Origin: an uncultured Actinomycetota bacterium
GTDB taxonomy: Bacteria; Actinomycetota; Acidimicrobiia; Acidimicrobiales; SZUA-35
Assembly (NCBI GenBank): GCA_963732695.1
Contig: CAVTAP010000026.1
Coordinates: forward strand, 268,388 to 332,387
Reading direction: 5' to 3'
Length of the DNA: 64,000 nucleotides
Positions 28,198 to 36,662 of the stretch are shown here, piece after piece. The translations under genes were made by a program, and so were the position numbers. The notes under the pieces were generated by a model, which had not been told where the DNA came from, made no database searches, and saw only the letters and a program-made list of their open reading frames with translations. The first letter of the stretch is position 1. Each line of letters opens with the position of its first letter.

Positions 28198-28259
28198 ATT
28201 CTGAGGAGCCTGACGTGCGCAAGCGCCTGCGCTCAGCGCGCCTCAGGCTCCTGATTTCG
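28198..28259. repeat. intergenic palindromic element, family II copy B
   Basis: gATTCTGAGGAGCCTGA-cgtgcgcaagcgc-CTGCGCTCAGCGC-g-CCTCAGGCTCCTGATTTCG. There is a 10-bp perfect outer stem (28204-28213 with 28243-28252) and the same core as copies A and C. Confidence 0.8.
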
Positions 28260-28293
28260 CGACTGTGACCACACAACCCGAGGGGGACGTGAC

Positions 28294-29190
28294 ATGAAGC
28301 TGGGATTCGTCGGCGTGGGCAACATGGGGAATCCCATGGCCGCCAACATGATCAAGGCCGGTCACCAGCTGACCGTGCACGATCTGAGCAAGGACTCGGC
28401 GGCCAACCTGCTCGAGGCCGGTGCTGCCTGGGCCGACACCCCGGCCGCCGCCGCCACCGGCCAGGACGCCTGCTTCCTGTCGCTGCCCGCCCCACCCGAC
28501 GTGAAAGACGTGGTGCTGGGCGCCGGCGGCGTGCTCGACGCCACCGCCTCCGGCGGCGCCATCATCGATCTGTCCACCAATTCGCCCATCCTGGTGCGCG
28601 AGCTGTGCGCCACGGCGGCCGAGAAGGGGGTCGGGTTCCTCGACGCCCCGGTGTCGGGCGGCGTGCGGGGGGCGCGGGACGGCACCCTGGCCGTGATGGT
28701 GGGGGGCGACGCCGAGCTGTTCGAGCGGTTCAAGCCGGCGTTCGACGCCATCGGGGGCAACGTGTTCCACGTGGGCCCGATCGGGGCCGGCAACGTGGCC
28801 AAGCTGGTCAACAACCAGTGCGCGTTCATCCACATGATGGGGCTCACCGAGGCCCTGGTGCTGGGGGCCAAGGCCGGGATCGACCCGGTGGTGCTGCGGG
28901 ACGTGGTGCGGGCCTCCAGCGGCGGCGCCTTCGTGTGGGACGGCGGCGCCCGGGCCATCCTCAAGGACCGCCTGGCCCCGTCGTTCAACCTGAACCTGGC
29001 GACCAAGGACATCGGCCTGGCCCAGGACCTGGCCGATGCCATCGGCGCCCCCGCCCCCATGGGCAAGCGGGCCCAGGAGCTGCTGATCAGCTACCGGGAG
29101 AACGGCTACGCCCTGGAAGACGTGCTGGCCACGGTCAAGGCCATCGAAGAGCAGGCCGGCTACCAGGTCCGCGGCACCTGGCACGACTAA
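28294..29190 (+). CDS. NAD(P)-dependent beta-hydroxyacid dehydrogenase (3-hydroxyisobutyrate dehydrogenase family)
   Basis: 298-aa ORF starting MKLGFVGVGNMGNPMAANM, with DAPVSGGVRGARDGTLAVMVGG and GAGNVAKLVNNQ. Confidence 0.9.
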   Translation: MKLGFVGVGNMGNPMAANMIKAGHQLTVHDLSKDSAANLLEAGAAWADTPAAAATGQDACFLSLPAPPDVKDVVLGAGGVLDATASGGAIIDLSTNSPILVRELCATAAEKGVGFLDAPVSGGVRGARDGTLAVMVGGDAELFERFKPAFDAIGGNVFHVGPIGAGNVAKLVNNQCAFIHMMGLTEALVLGAKAGIDPVVLRDVVRASSGGAFVWDGGARAILKDRLAPSFNLNLATKDIGLAQDLADAIGAPAPMGKRAQELLISYRENGYALEDVLATVKAIEEQAGYQVRGTWHD

Positions 29191-29261
29191 ACCCGAGCCC
29201 GACCTGCTCTAGCCAGCTCCCGGCCACCCCGAGCGAAGCGTGCCCGGGGCCGGGGCGGAAC

Positions 29262-30056
29262 TCAGTCCTCGGCGGCCTTGCGCGCCTGGCGGGCGGAGAA
29301 CGTGGGGAACTGGCCGGTGGTGGCGGTGACGCCGCCGTCCACCGGGAGGGCCACGCCGGTGATGAACGACGAGTCGGGCGACAGCAGGAACGACACGGCG
29401 GCGGCAAGTTCCGACGCCTCGCCCCAGCGGGCCATGGGCACCACGTTACGCATGGTCTCGTCGACGTCGGGGCGGCTCTGCATGCCGGCCGTCATGCCCG
29501 TCTTTGTGGGGCCGGGGCACACGGCGTTGACCCGGATGCCCTCGTGGGCCAGGTCCAGCGCCACCGACTTGGCCAGGTTGATCACGGCCGCCTTGGAGGC
29601 GTTGTAGGTCCAGCCGCCGGGGTCGGCGGCCAGGCCCGAGGTGGATCCGGTGACCACGATGGCGCCGTGGTCGACCTTGCGCAGGGCGGGGAGGGCGGCC
29701 CGAATGCCGAGCACCACGGCCCGCACGTTCACGTCCATCACCTTGTCGTAGACCGACATCGGGAGGCGGTCGACCAGGCCGAAGCCGGGGATGCCGGCGT
29801 TGAGGAAGATGCCGTGGAGGGCGCCGAAGTGCTCCTCGGCGGCGGCCACGATGGCGTCGTTGGCCTCCTCGGTGGTCACGTCGCCGACCACGGCCACCAC
29901 CCCGTCCACGCTCTTCGTCCAGGCCAGGGCCTCGGCGTTGAGATCGGCGGCGATCACCGACGCCCCGTCGGCCACCAGCCGCTCCACCGTGGCCCGGCCA
30001 ATGCCGGAGGCCCCTCCGGTCACGGCGTACACCCGTCCTGCGTTGCTGCTCGTCAT
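29262..30056 (-). CDS. SDR-family oxidoreductase
   Basis: ATG at 30056. The product has YAVTGGASGIGRAT, NAGI, and YNASKAAVINL (YxxxK). Confidence 0.9.
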   Translation of the reverse strand: MTSSNAGRVYAVTGGASGIGRATVERLVADGASVIAADLNAEALAWTKSVDGVVAVVGDVTTEEANDAIVAAAEEHFGALHGIFLNAGIPGFGLVDRLPMSVYDKVMDVNVRAVVLGIRAALPALRKVDHGAIVVTGSTSGLAADPGGWTYNASKAAVINLAKSVALDLAHEGIRVNAVCPGPTKTGMTAGMQSRPDVDETMRNVVPMARWGEASELAAAVSFLLSPDSSFITGVALPVDGGVTATTGQFPTFSARQARKAAED

Positions 30057-30078
30057 GGTGGCCGATCCTAGGCAGACG

Positions 30079-30216
30079 GGCCGCCCAGGTTCGAATGGGC
30101 GGCCGCTCTCGTTCTCGGTGCTCACCACGCCACCGGCGGCGCCTCGTGCACCGAGATCAGGCCGCCAGGAATCTCGGTGCGCAGGCCACCACCGACGGTT
30201 CGCTCCGCACCGAGAA
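30079..30216. repeat. cluster of three hairpins in a 200-nt intergenic gap (one 9-bp hairpin plus two tandem hairpins with identical stems)
   Basis: GGCCGCCCA-ggttcgaa-TGGGCGGCC (30079-30104). TCTCGGTGC (30113-30121) pairs with GCACCGAGA (30148-30156). TCTCGGTGC (30172-30180) pairs with GCACCGAGA (30208-30216). Both loops are 26 nt and the period is 59 nt. Confidence 0.8.
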
Positions 30217-30256
30217 ACCGCCGGGGCCGGCGGAGCCAGCCGACGTTGACGGGCGC

Positions 30257-30994
30257 CTACTTGCCCCGGCGGGCCATGCGTTCGGCCCGGTCGCGGGGTT
30301 GGCCGTGGGCGCCGGAGCGTTCGTGGGCCAGGGCATCGGCCCGGCTGAGGCCCCGGTGGTCGGCCAGGTAGGCCTTGTCGATGCGGCTGGTGTCCCACGA
30401 GGCGGCCACGATCTCGGCCGTGAGGGCATCGACCGCGGCGTCCAGCTCGTCGTCGGGCACGGCCCGGTTGACCAGGGCGATCGCCGCCGCGTCGGCCCCG
30501 GTGATCCGCCGGGCGGTGAACATCAGCTCCTTGGCCCGGGCCACGCCCACCCGCTCGGGGAGGCGCACGGTCATGCCCCATGTGGCCGCCAGCCCCCACT
30601 GGCCGTGGGTGTCGCCGAACTGGGCCGACTCGGTGGCGTAGATCAGATCGCACCCCAACGCCAGCTCCAACCCACCGGTGAAGCAGTGGCCCCGGACCTT
30701 GGCGATCGTCGGCTTGGGCAACTGCTCCAGCAGATCGATCGTCTCGGCCTGGTAGTGGCGCGACGGCGCCTTCACCCCGTCGGCGATCCCGCCCAGGTCG
30801 TTGCCGGCGCAGAACGAGCGCCCGGCCCCGGTGAGCACCACCGCCCCCACGGTCGCGTCGGCCGCCAGGGCCTCGAGGTGGGCCCGCAGCTCCATGAACA
30901 CCGACGGGTTGAGGGCGTTGAGCTTCTCCGGTCGGTTGAGGGTGAGGGTGGACACGCCGCCCTCGTCGTGGCGCAGCACCAGCTGATCGGTCAT
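30257..30994 (-). CDS. enoyl-CoA hydratase/isomerase (crotonase) family protein
   Basis: 245-aa ORF with TLTLNRPEKLNALN, VVLTGAGRSFCAGNDL and GHCFTGGLELALGCDL. Confidence 0.9.
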   Translation of the reverse strand: MTDQLVLRHDEGGVSTLTLNRPEKLNALNPSVFMELRAHLEALAADATVGAVVLTGAGRSFCAGNDLGGIADGVKAPSRHYQAETIDLLEQLPKPTIAKVRGHCFTGGLELALGCDLIYATESAQFGDTHGQWGLAATWGMTVRLPERVGVARAKELMFTARRITGADAAAIALVNRAVPDDELDAAVDALTAEIVAASWDTSRIDKAYLADHRGLSRADALAHERSGAHGQPRDRAERMARRGK

Positions 30995-31025
30995 GGCATC
31001 GGTCCTTCGTCTCGAGCGTCCGGTC

Positions 31026-31895
31026 TTATATGTCGGCGTAGCGTTCGACGACCTCGCCCCACGTGGTGGCGTCGTCGGGGCTCTGGATCACGGTGGCCAG
31101 CCCGGCGATGGGCGACACCGGCACCAGGAGGCGGGACACACCCCGGGCGGCCAGAGCCGGGATGTCGTCGAGGTCGTCGGGCACGCTGGTGGTGATCTCC
31201 AGCGCGTCGGGGTCGCGCCCGTGCTCCTCGGCCGTGCGGCGGGCCAGGTCGATCAGCTCCTGGGGGGCGTTGCGGGCCGGGAAGTAGCCGTCGCCCAGCC
31301 GCCCCGCCCGCTTGGCCGCCGGCACCGTGTCGCCGCCCACGATGATCGGCACCGACCCCTGGGCCGGCTGGGGCCGGCAGTACGTCTCGTCGAAGTTGAC
31401 CCACCGGCCGTGGAACGTGGGCTTGTCGGCCGTCCACAGCTCCCGCATCACGGCCACGTACTCGTCGGTGCGGGCCCCCCGGTCCTCGAACGGGGCCCCG
31501 ATGGCGTCGAACTCCTCTTTCATCCAGCCCACGCCGATGCCGAGCAGCACCCGCCCGCCCGACATCTGGTCGAGCGTGGCCACCTGCTTGGCCGTGATCA
31601 CCGGGTTGTGCTGGGGCACGATCAGGATGCCGGTGGCCAGCTTGATGGTGGAGGTGACGGCGGCCATGTAGGCCATCCAGATCAGCGGGTCGGGGAGGGG
31701 GATGTCGTCGTGCCCGCCGGCCATCTTGCCGTCGCCCGAGTAGGGGTAGGTCGAGGTGTAGTTGGCCGGTACCACGGTGTGCTCCACGGTCCAGGCGCTC
31801 TCGAAGCCGGCGGCCTCTCCGGCCTGCACCAGCTCCTGGCCCAGCGCCGGATCGACGTAGCGCCCGGTGTTGCAGTAGCGAAGCCCGAACTTCAT
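31026..31895 (-). CDS. LLM-class (F420-dependent type) oxidoreductase
   Basis: ATG at 31895 with AGGAGAG 7 nt upstream. The product begins MKFGLRYCNTG and contains FESAWTVEH and GRVLLGIGVGWMKEEF. The longer ORF-track start at 31952 would read through palindrome C. Confidence 0.85.
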   Translation of the reverse strand: MKFGLRYCNTGRYVDPALGQELVQAGEAAGFESAWTVEHTVVPANYTSTYPYSGDGKMAGGHDDIPLPDPLIWMAYMAAVTSTIKLATGILIVPQHNPVITAKQVATLDQMSGGRVLLGIGVGWMKEEFDAIGAPFEDRGARTDEYVAVMRELWTADKPTFHGRWVNFDETYCRPQPAQGSVPIIVGGDTVPAAKRAGRLGDGYFPARNAPQELIDLARRTAEEHGRDPDALEITTSVPDDLDDIPALAARGVSRLLVPVSPIAGLATVIQSPDDATTWGEVVERYADI

Positions 31896-31915
31896 GTCGT
31901 CTCTCCTGATGTCTC

Positions 31916-31970
31916 GTTCTGAGGAGCCTGAGCTGCGCTCAGCGCCACTCACGCTCCTAATTTCGGGGGG
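31916..31970. repeat. intergenic palindromic element, family II copy C
   Basis: gttct-GAGGAGCCTGAGC-tGCGCTCAGCGCc-ACTCACGCTCCTA-atttcgggggg. The arms are 10/13 complementary. Flanks and core are nearly identical to copy A. Confidence 0.8.
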
Positions 31971-31979
31971 TGGGAACGT

Positions 31980-32777
31980 CTAGCGCAGGTGGGCGGGGCG
32001 GGGGTCGGCCAGCCGGCCGAGGGGGGACTGGGACCGGAGGCCGCCGTCGACCACCAGGTGCTCGCCGGTGACGAACGAGCTCTCGTCCGACGCCAACCAC
32101 ACGGCGGCCGCCGCGATCTCCTCGGGGAAGCCGAGGCGGCCCAGGCTGTGGGCGTTGACGTTGCGCTCCAGCGCCCCCGGCTCCTCCATCATCCGCAGCA
32201 CCGGCGGGGTCTGGATCGTGCCGGGGCAGATGGCGTTGACCCGGATCCCGGAAGGGGAGTGGTCGGTGGCCAGGGCCCGGGTCAGGTTGATCACGGCCGC
32301 CTTGGAGGCGGCGTAGCAGATGGCCCCGCCATCGCCGTGCAGGCCCGAGATCGACGCCGTGTTGATGATCGACCCGCCACCGGCCGCCTCCATGATCGGC
32401 ACCGCGTACTTGGCCCCCAGGAACACGGAGCGGACGTTGACCGCCATCACCAGGTCCCAGTCCTCCACGCTCAGCTCCACCGCCGTGCCCGGCCGCAGCG
32501 TGCCGGCGTTGTTGAACAGCACGTGGAGGCCACCGAGCTGCTCCACCGTGGTGGCCACCATCCGGGCCACGTCGGCCTCCTGGGCCACGTCGGCCTCGAT
32601 GGCGATGGCGTGCCCGCCGGCCTCGTTGATGGCCGCCGCGGTGGCCTCGGCCTTCTTGAGCCGCATGTCGACCACGGCCACCGCCGCCCCCTCGGCGGCG
32701 AACCGCTTGGCCGAGGCGGCTCCGATGCCCGAGCCGCCGCCGGTCACGATGGCCACCTTGTTCTCCAGCAGGCCCAT
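31980..32777 (-). CDS. SDR-family oxidoreductase
   Basis: ATG at 32777. The product has VAIVTGGGSGIGAAS, NNAG, and YAASKAAVINL. Confidence 0.9.
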   Translation of the reverse strand: MGLLENKVAIVTGGGSGIGAASAKRFAAEGAAVAVVDMRLKKAEATAAAINEAGGHAIAIEADVAQEADVARMVATTVEQLGGLHVLFNNAGTLRPGTAVELSVEDWDLVMAVNVRSVFLGAKYAVPIMEAAGGGSIINTASISGLHGDGGAICYAASKAAVINLTRALATDHSPSGIRVNAICPGTIQTPPVLRMMEEPGALERNVNAHSLGRLGFPEEIAAAAVWLASDESSFVTGEHLVVDGGLRSQSPLGRLADPRPAHLR

Positions 32778-32921
32778 GCCCTGCGTCCCCTTCCCGGCCG
32801 AGCGCGGCCTGTGAGCTGCCCCAAATCTGCCCACCCGGGCCGGCGGTGGCAAGCCCACCGGCCACGCCGGGGCGAGAACGCACCCCTGGGCCGGCATCCC
32901 ACCGCCCGCTACCGTTTGTCC

Positions 32922-33830
32922 ATGAGCAACCCGGCCGACGGCATCGCCTACACCAACGGAACCTACGTCCCCCTCGGCGAGGCGGCGATCCCGCTGCTCG
33001 ACCCCGGCTTCACCCGGGGCGACGCCGTGTACGACACCACCTCGGTGTGGAAGGGCAACTTCTTCCGCCTCGACGACCACGTGGAGCGCTTCTTCCGCTC
33101 CTGCCAGCGGGCCCGCCTGTCGCCCCCGGTCGACGCCGAGGGCCTCAGGCGGGTGCTGGCGTCGTGCGTGAACCAGGCCGGGCTGGAGTCGTCGTTCGTC
33201 CAGATGATCTCCACCCGGGGCCGGTACAAGGACCCGACGATCCGCGACCCCCGCCAGTGCGAGAACACGCTCTACGCCTTCGCCATGCCCTACATCTGGA
33301 TCGTGCAGCCCGACCGTCAGCTGGAGGGGATCGACCTGGCCGTGGCCACCGGCAACCGCCGCACCCCGCCCGAGGCCATCGACCCCCGGATGAAGAACTT
33401 CAACTGGCTCGACCTGCAGAAAGGCCTGTTCGAGGCGCTCGACCGCCACGCCGACACCGCCGTGCTGTGCACCCCGGACGGTCGGCTGTCGGAGGGTCCC
33501 GGGTTCAACCTGTTCGTGGTGCGCCACGGCGTGGTGCGCACCCCGGTGGGCAACGTGCTGGAGGGCATCACCCGCCGGACCGTGTTCGAGCTGGCCGCCG
33601 ACCTCGAACTGAAGGCCGAGGAGGCCGACCTGGTGGCCGACGACCTCACCTCGGCCGACGAGGCCTTCCTGTCGTCCACCGCCGGCGGGATCATGCCGGT
33701 GGCCACCGTCAACGGTCAGCCCCTGGGCCACGGCCCCGGTGCCGGCCCGCTGTCGCTCCAGCTCCGCGCCGAGTACTGGGCCCGGCGGGAAGCGGGCTGG
33801 CACGCCACCCCGGTGTCGTCGCTCATCTGA
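32922..33830 (+). CDS. class IV (fold type IV) aminotransferase, BCAT / D-amino-acid / (R)-amine transaminase family
   Basis: ATG at 32922. The product has DPGFTRGDAVYDTTSVWKGNFFRLDDHVERF, EGPGFNLFVV and LEGITRRTV. Confidence 0.85.
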   Translation: MSNPADGIAYTNGTYVPLGEAAIPLLDPGFTRGDAVYDTTSVWKGNFFRLDDHVERFFRSCQRARLSPPVDAEGLRRVLASCVNQAGLESSFVQMISTRGRYKDPTIRDPRQCENTLYAFAMPYIWIVQPDRQLEGIDLAVATGNRRTPPEAIDPRMKNFNWLDLQKGLFEALDRHADTAVLCTPDGRLSEGPGFNLFVVRHGVVRTPVGNVLEGITRRTVFELAADLELKAEEADLVADDLTSADEAFLSSTAGGIMPVATVNGQPLGHGPGAGPLSLQLRAEYWARREAGWHATPVSSLI

Positions 33831-33875
33831 TCTCCTCATGGAGCGTCTCACCGGTGAGACCCTCCGTAAGGAGAT
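33830..33875. repeat. intergenic palindromic element, family I copy E
   Basis: ATCTCCTCATGGAGCGTCTCACC|GGTGAGACCCTCCGTAAGGAGAT. It has the same core as copies D and F, lies between convergent gene ends, and begins at the aminotransferase stop codon. Confidence 0.8.
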
Positions 33876-33893
33876 TCCGACGATGGTGCCGGA

Positions 33894-34892
33894 TCAGCCG
33901 GCGGGGAGGGTGATGCCGGCGGCGGCGGCCATGGCGTCGACCTCGGCCAGGGCCATGGTGCCGGGGGCCCGGCGCTCCCGGGCCATCGTGTTGGCCAGCT
34001 GGCGCAGCACCTCGTTGGCCGGGGTCGGCACCCCGTGGAGCCGGCCCAGCAGCACCACCTCGCCGTTGAGGTAGTCGACCTCGATCGAACCCGCCCCCCG
34101 GGCCAGGCTCTGCCACGACGAGCTGCCGGTGCGGCGCCGGGCCTCCGAGTCGACGATCACGAAGTCGCCCCGCCGCTCGGCCTCCTCCTCCTTGGTGGCC
34201 ACACCGATGCCGGCCGCCGTGAACACGGCCAGGGCCTCGGCCGCCGCCATGGCGTTGAGGGGAGACTTGCGCCCGGCCCGGCCGCAGGCGGCGTCGAGGG
34301 CGTTGCCCGTGTTCTGCCTGAGCTTGGCGTACTTGTAGCGCATGATGTCGGGGTCGGCCTGGGACCGCAGGTTCGACGTCGAGAAGGCGGCGGCGATCAT
34401 CTCGGCCGTGGCGTCGCGGCCCGACGGGAACCGGCCCACGTCGAGCACGCCGCCCACCGGCGCCCCCGCCCCCTCCACGATCCCCGGCTCCAGATGCGAC
34501 CCCGGCAGGACCACGCACATCCCGTACACGTCGGGGAACCGACGCAGCGCCATCCGCTCGTTCTCCACCCCGTTCTGGCAGCACACGACGGCGATGTCGG
34601 GCGGGGCGCAGGCGGCCAGCTCGTCGAGCGCCGCCTCGGTGTGCTGGGTCTTCATGGCCAGGATGACCACGTCGTCGGAGGTCAGCTCCAGCTCGCTGGG
34701 GTGGCCGACGGCGGGCACGGTGACGAGGTGGGTCTCCTCCGGCATCCGCAGCTCGAGGCCCCGCCGTTGGAGAGCGGCCAGGTGGGCGCCCCGGGCGATG
34801 AGGGCGACGTCGTGGCCGCCCACGGCGGCCAGCAGACCCCCGATGACACCCCCCACGGCGCCGGCTCCGTAGATCACAAACCGAGCAGACAT
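33894..34892 (-). CDS. ketopantoate reductase (PanE/ApbA) family oxidoreductase
   Basis: ATG at 34892 gives MSARFVIYGAGAVGGVIGGLLA (Rossmann). The remainder is PanE-like (KTQHTEAAL, NGVENE). The 440-aa ORF-track product is a read-through artefact from the frameshifted DUF167 gene. Confidence 0.85.
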   Translation of the reverse strand: MSARFVIYGAGAVGGVIGGLLAAVGGHDVALIARGAHLAALQRRGLELRMPEETHLVTVPAVGHPSELELTSDDVVILAMKTQHTEAALDELAACAPPDIAVVCCQNGVENERMALRRFPDVYGMCVVLPGSHLEPGIVEGAGAPVGGVLDVGRFPSGRDATAEMIAAAFSTSNLRSQADPDIMRYKYAKLRQNTGNALDAACGRAGRKSPLNAMAAAEALAVFTAAGIGVATKEEEAERRGDFVIVDSEARRRTGSSSWQSLARGAGSIEVDYLNGEVVLLGRLHGVPTPANEVLRQLANTMARERRAPGTMALAEVDAMAAAAGITLPAG

Positions 34893-34924
34893 GGCGACAG
34901 TCTGTCCGGCCCCGGGCCGGTGCG

Positions 34925-35216
34925 CTAGCCGCTCCCGGCCAGCAGCTCGGCCAGGCGCCCGGCGATCGTCGCGGCGTCGCCCTCCACGGCCACCAGCTTG
35001 GTGCGGGCCCGGGCGCCGGTCACGATCGTGACGCGCCGAGCGGCCCACGCCGAACGCCTCGGCCAGGGCCGCCACCACGGCGGCGTTGGCCTTGCCGTCG
35101 GCCGCCGCCGCCCGTACCTCCACCAGCAGCGACCCGTCGGCCCAGGCGCCGCCCACCCGATCAGCCCGGGCCTTCGGCTTCACCCGCACCCCGAACCGCA
35201 CCTCGTCGGGCGGCAT
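34925..35216 (-). pseudogene. DUF167 (YggU-like) protein, interrupted by a 1-nt frame change
   Basis: The N-terminal part is FGVRVKPKARADRVGG...LLVEVRAAAADGKANAAVVAALAEAFGVGRSA. The expected continuation VTIVTGARARTKLVAVEGDAATIAGRLAELLAGSG-stop is present in another frame (stop 34925-34927). The shift lies near 35031-35040. Confidence 0.65.
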
Positions 35217-35217
35217 G

Positions 35218-36612
35218 TCAGCGCCCGGCAGCGAGTGGGTCGCCGGCCCCGGCCGGCCGGGAAGCGATGGCCGCCCGGTCGGGGCCGGCGACGAGCAGCG
35301 CCGCCAGTGCGGTGGTCACGGGCACGGCGGCCACCAGGCCCACCGAGCCGCACAGGGTGCGCACGATCTCCACCGCCACCAGCTCCGAGTTGGCCACCGA
35401 GGCCAGGCTCTGGTGGGAGACGGCGAACAGCAGGAGCAGCGGCATGCTGGCTCCGGCGTAGGCCAACAGCAGGGTGTTGACGGTGGAGGCGATGTGGTCG
35501 CGGCCCACCCGGATCCCCGACGACACCAGCTCGGCCACTCCCAGATCGGGGTTGCGATGCTTGAGCTCGGCCACGGTGGCCACCTGGGTGACGGTCACAT
35601 CGTCGAGGGCCCCCAGCGCCCCCAACAGGGCGCCTCCCAGAAGCAGAGGCACGAGGTCGATGTCGGCGATCAGGGGCAGGGTCAGCCCCTCCTCGGTGGC
35701 CAGCCCGGTGAAGCGCGAGGCCCGGAAGAAGATCCACGACAGGCCGAGGGTGAGCACCAGCGAGACCAGCGTGCCCACCAGGGCCACAGCAGCGTGGGGG
35801 TTGTAGCCGTGGGTGAGGAACAGGCTCACGAAGGCGATGGCCGACGCCGCCACCACCGCCACAGTCAGGGGATCGTGCCCGTCGAGCACGGAGCGGGCCA
35901 CGAAGCCCACGAGCACGGCGAGGGTCACGGCCATGCCGAGCAGGGCCCGCACCCCCTGGCGCCGGCCGAGGGCGACCACCACCGCGGCGAAGATCACCGC
36001 CAGCCACACCAGCACCTGGCCCCGGTCCCGGTCGGCGTAGAAGTAGAAGTTGGTGGACGGCTCGTAGCCCAGAACCACCTGCTCGCCCACGGCCAGGTCG
36101 GGCGTCTGCGACGGGGTGCCGAGGGGCAGATCGGACAGGGTGACGACGGCCCCCGCCTCCGGTCCCTCCTTCAGGTCGAACGTGAGGTTCCGGCAGGTCT
36201 GGGGGTCGGCCGGGTCGGCGTAGGAGCAGGGCTGGTCGCTGGTGGCGGTGACGACGGCGTCGAGCCGCTCCGTGCCCAGGCCCAGCTCGGCCGCCTGTTG
36301 CACCGCCGCTTCCTGGCCCCGCCCGTCGGGCCACAGCAGCACCAGGCCCATGATGGTGGCGGCGAAGGCCACGGCCAGCAGCACCGCCGTGGCCAGCAGC
36401 GGCGGGCTGGACAGGAGGTCCTCCCACCGGGCCTGGGGCCCGCCGCCCTCGGAGCCGTGCTGATAACCGTGGGTCTGGCCGTGCGAATGGCCATGGGTAG
36501 GACCGTGGGTGTGGCCGTGCGAGTTGCCGGGGCCGTTGGGCTGCACCCGGGCAGTGTGCCGGGGCGATCCCGCCGTGCAAACCCACCCCAATGGCCTGTC
36601 CCGGTTGGGCAA
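35218..36612 (-). CDS. YibE/F-family membrane protein with a His-rich N-terminal tail
   Basis: 464-aa ORF. YibE/F-type C-terminal half: LGALGALDDVTVTQVATVAELK ... GRDHIASTVNTLLLAYAGASMPLLLLF. The N-terminal SHGHTHGPTHGHSHGQTHGYQHG is His-rich. The start is uncertain (TTG 36612 or in-frame GTG 36546). Confidence 0.8.
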   Translation of the reverse strand: MPNRDRPLGWVCTAGSPRHTARVQPNGPGNSHGHTHGPTHGHSHGQTHGYQHGSEGGGPQARWEDLLSSPPLLATAVLLAVAFAATIMGLVLLWPDGRGQEAAVQQAAELGLGTERLDAVVTATSDQPCSYADPADPQTCRNLTFDLKEGPEAGAVVTLSDLPLGTPSQTPDLAVGEQVVLGYEPSTNFYFYADRDRGQVLVWLAVIFAAVVVALGRRQGVRALLGMAVTLAVLVGFVARSVLDGHDPLTVAVVAASAIAFVSLFLTHGYNPHAAVALVGTLVSLVLTLGLSWIFFRASRFTGLATEEGLTLPLIADIDLVPLLLGGALLGALGALDDVTVTQVATVAELKHRNPDLGVAELVSSGIRVGRDHIASTVNTLLLAYAGASMPLLLLFAVSHQSLASVANSELVAVEIVRTLCGSVGLVAAVPVTTALAALLVAGPDRAAIASRPAGAGDPLAAGR

Positions 36613-36662
36613 AGCGGCGGGGCACCGGAGCGGGTCGGGCCCGATGGTCTACCTTCTGTCCC

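Noticed and set aside
31896-31952. Upstream extensions of ORF-track starts (31952 for the LLM gene, 39280 for the deaminase, 21837 for the flippase-like gene, 9245 for rfbB, 26497 for the DUF35 gene).
   Set aside because: The extensions run through palindromic elements or give non-conserved Arg/Gly-rich leaders. Internal starts give canonical family N-termini and, where visible, have Shine-Dalgarno-like sequences.
33894-35216. The 440-aa ORF as a genuine DUF167-PanE fusion protein.
   Set aside because: The linker is Arg/Gly-rich nonsense. The authentic DUF167 C-terminus with its own stop is present one frame over. The PanE-like part has its own ATG with a Rossmann motif directly after it.
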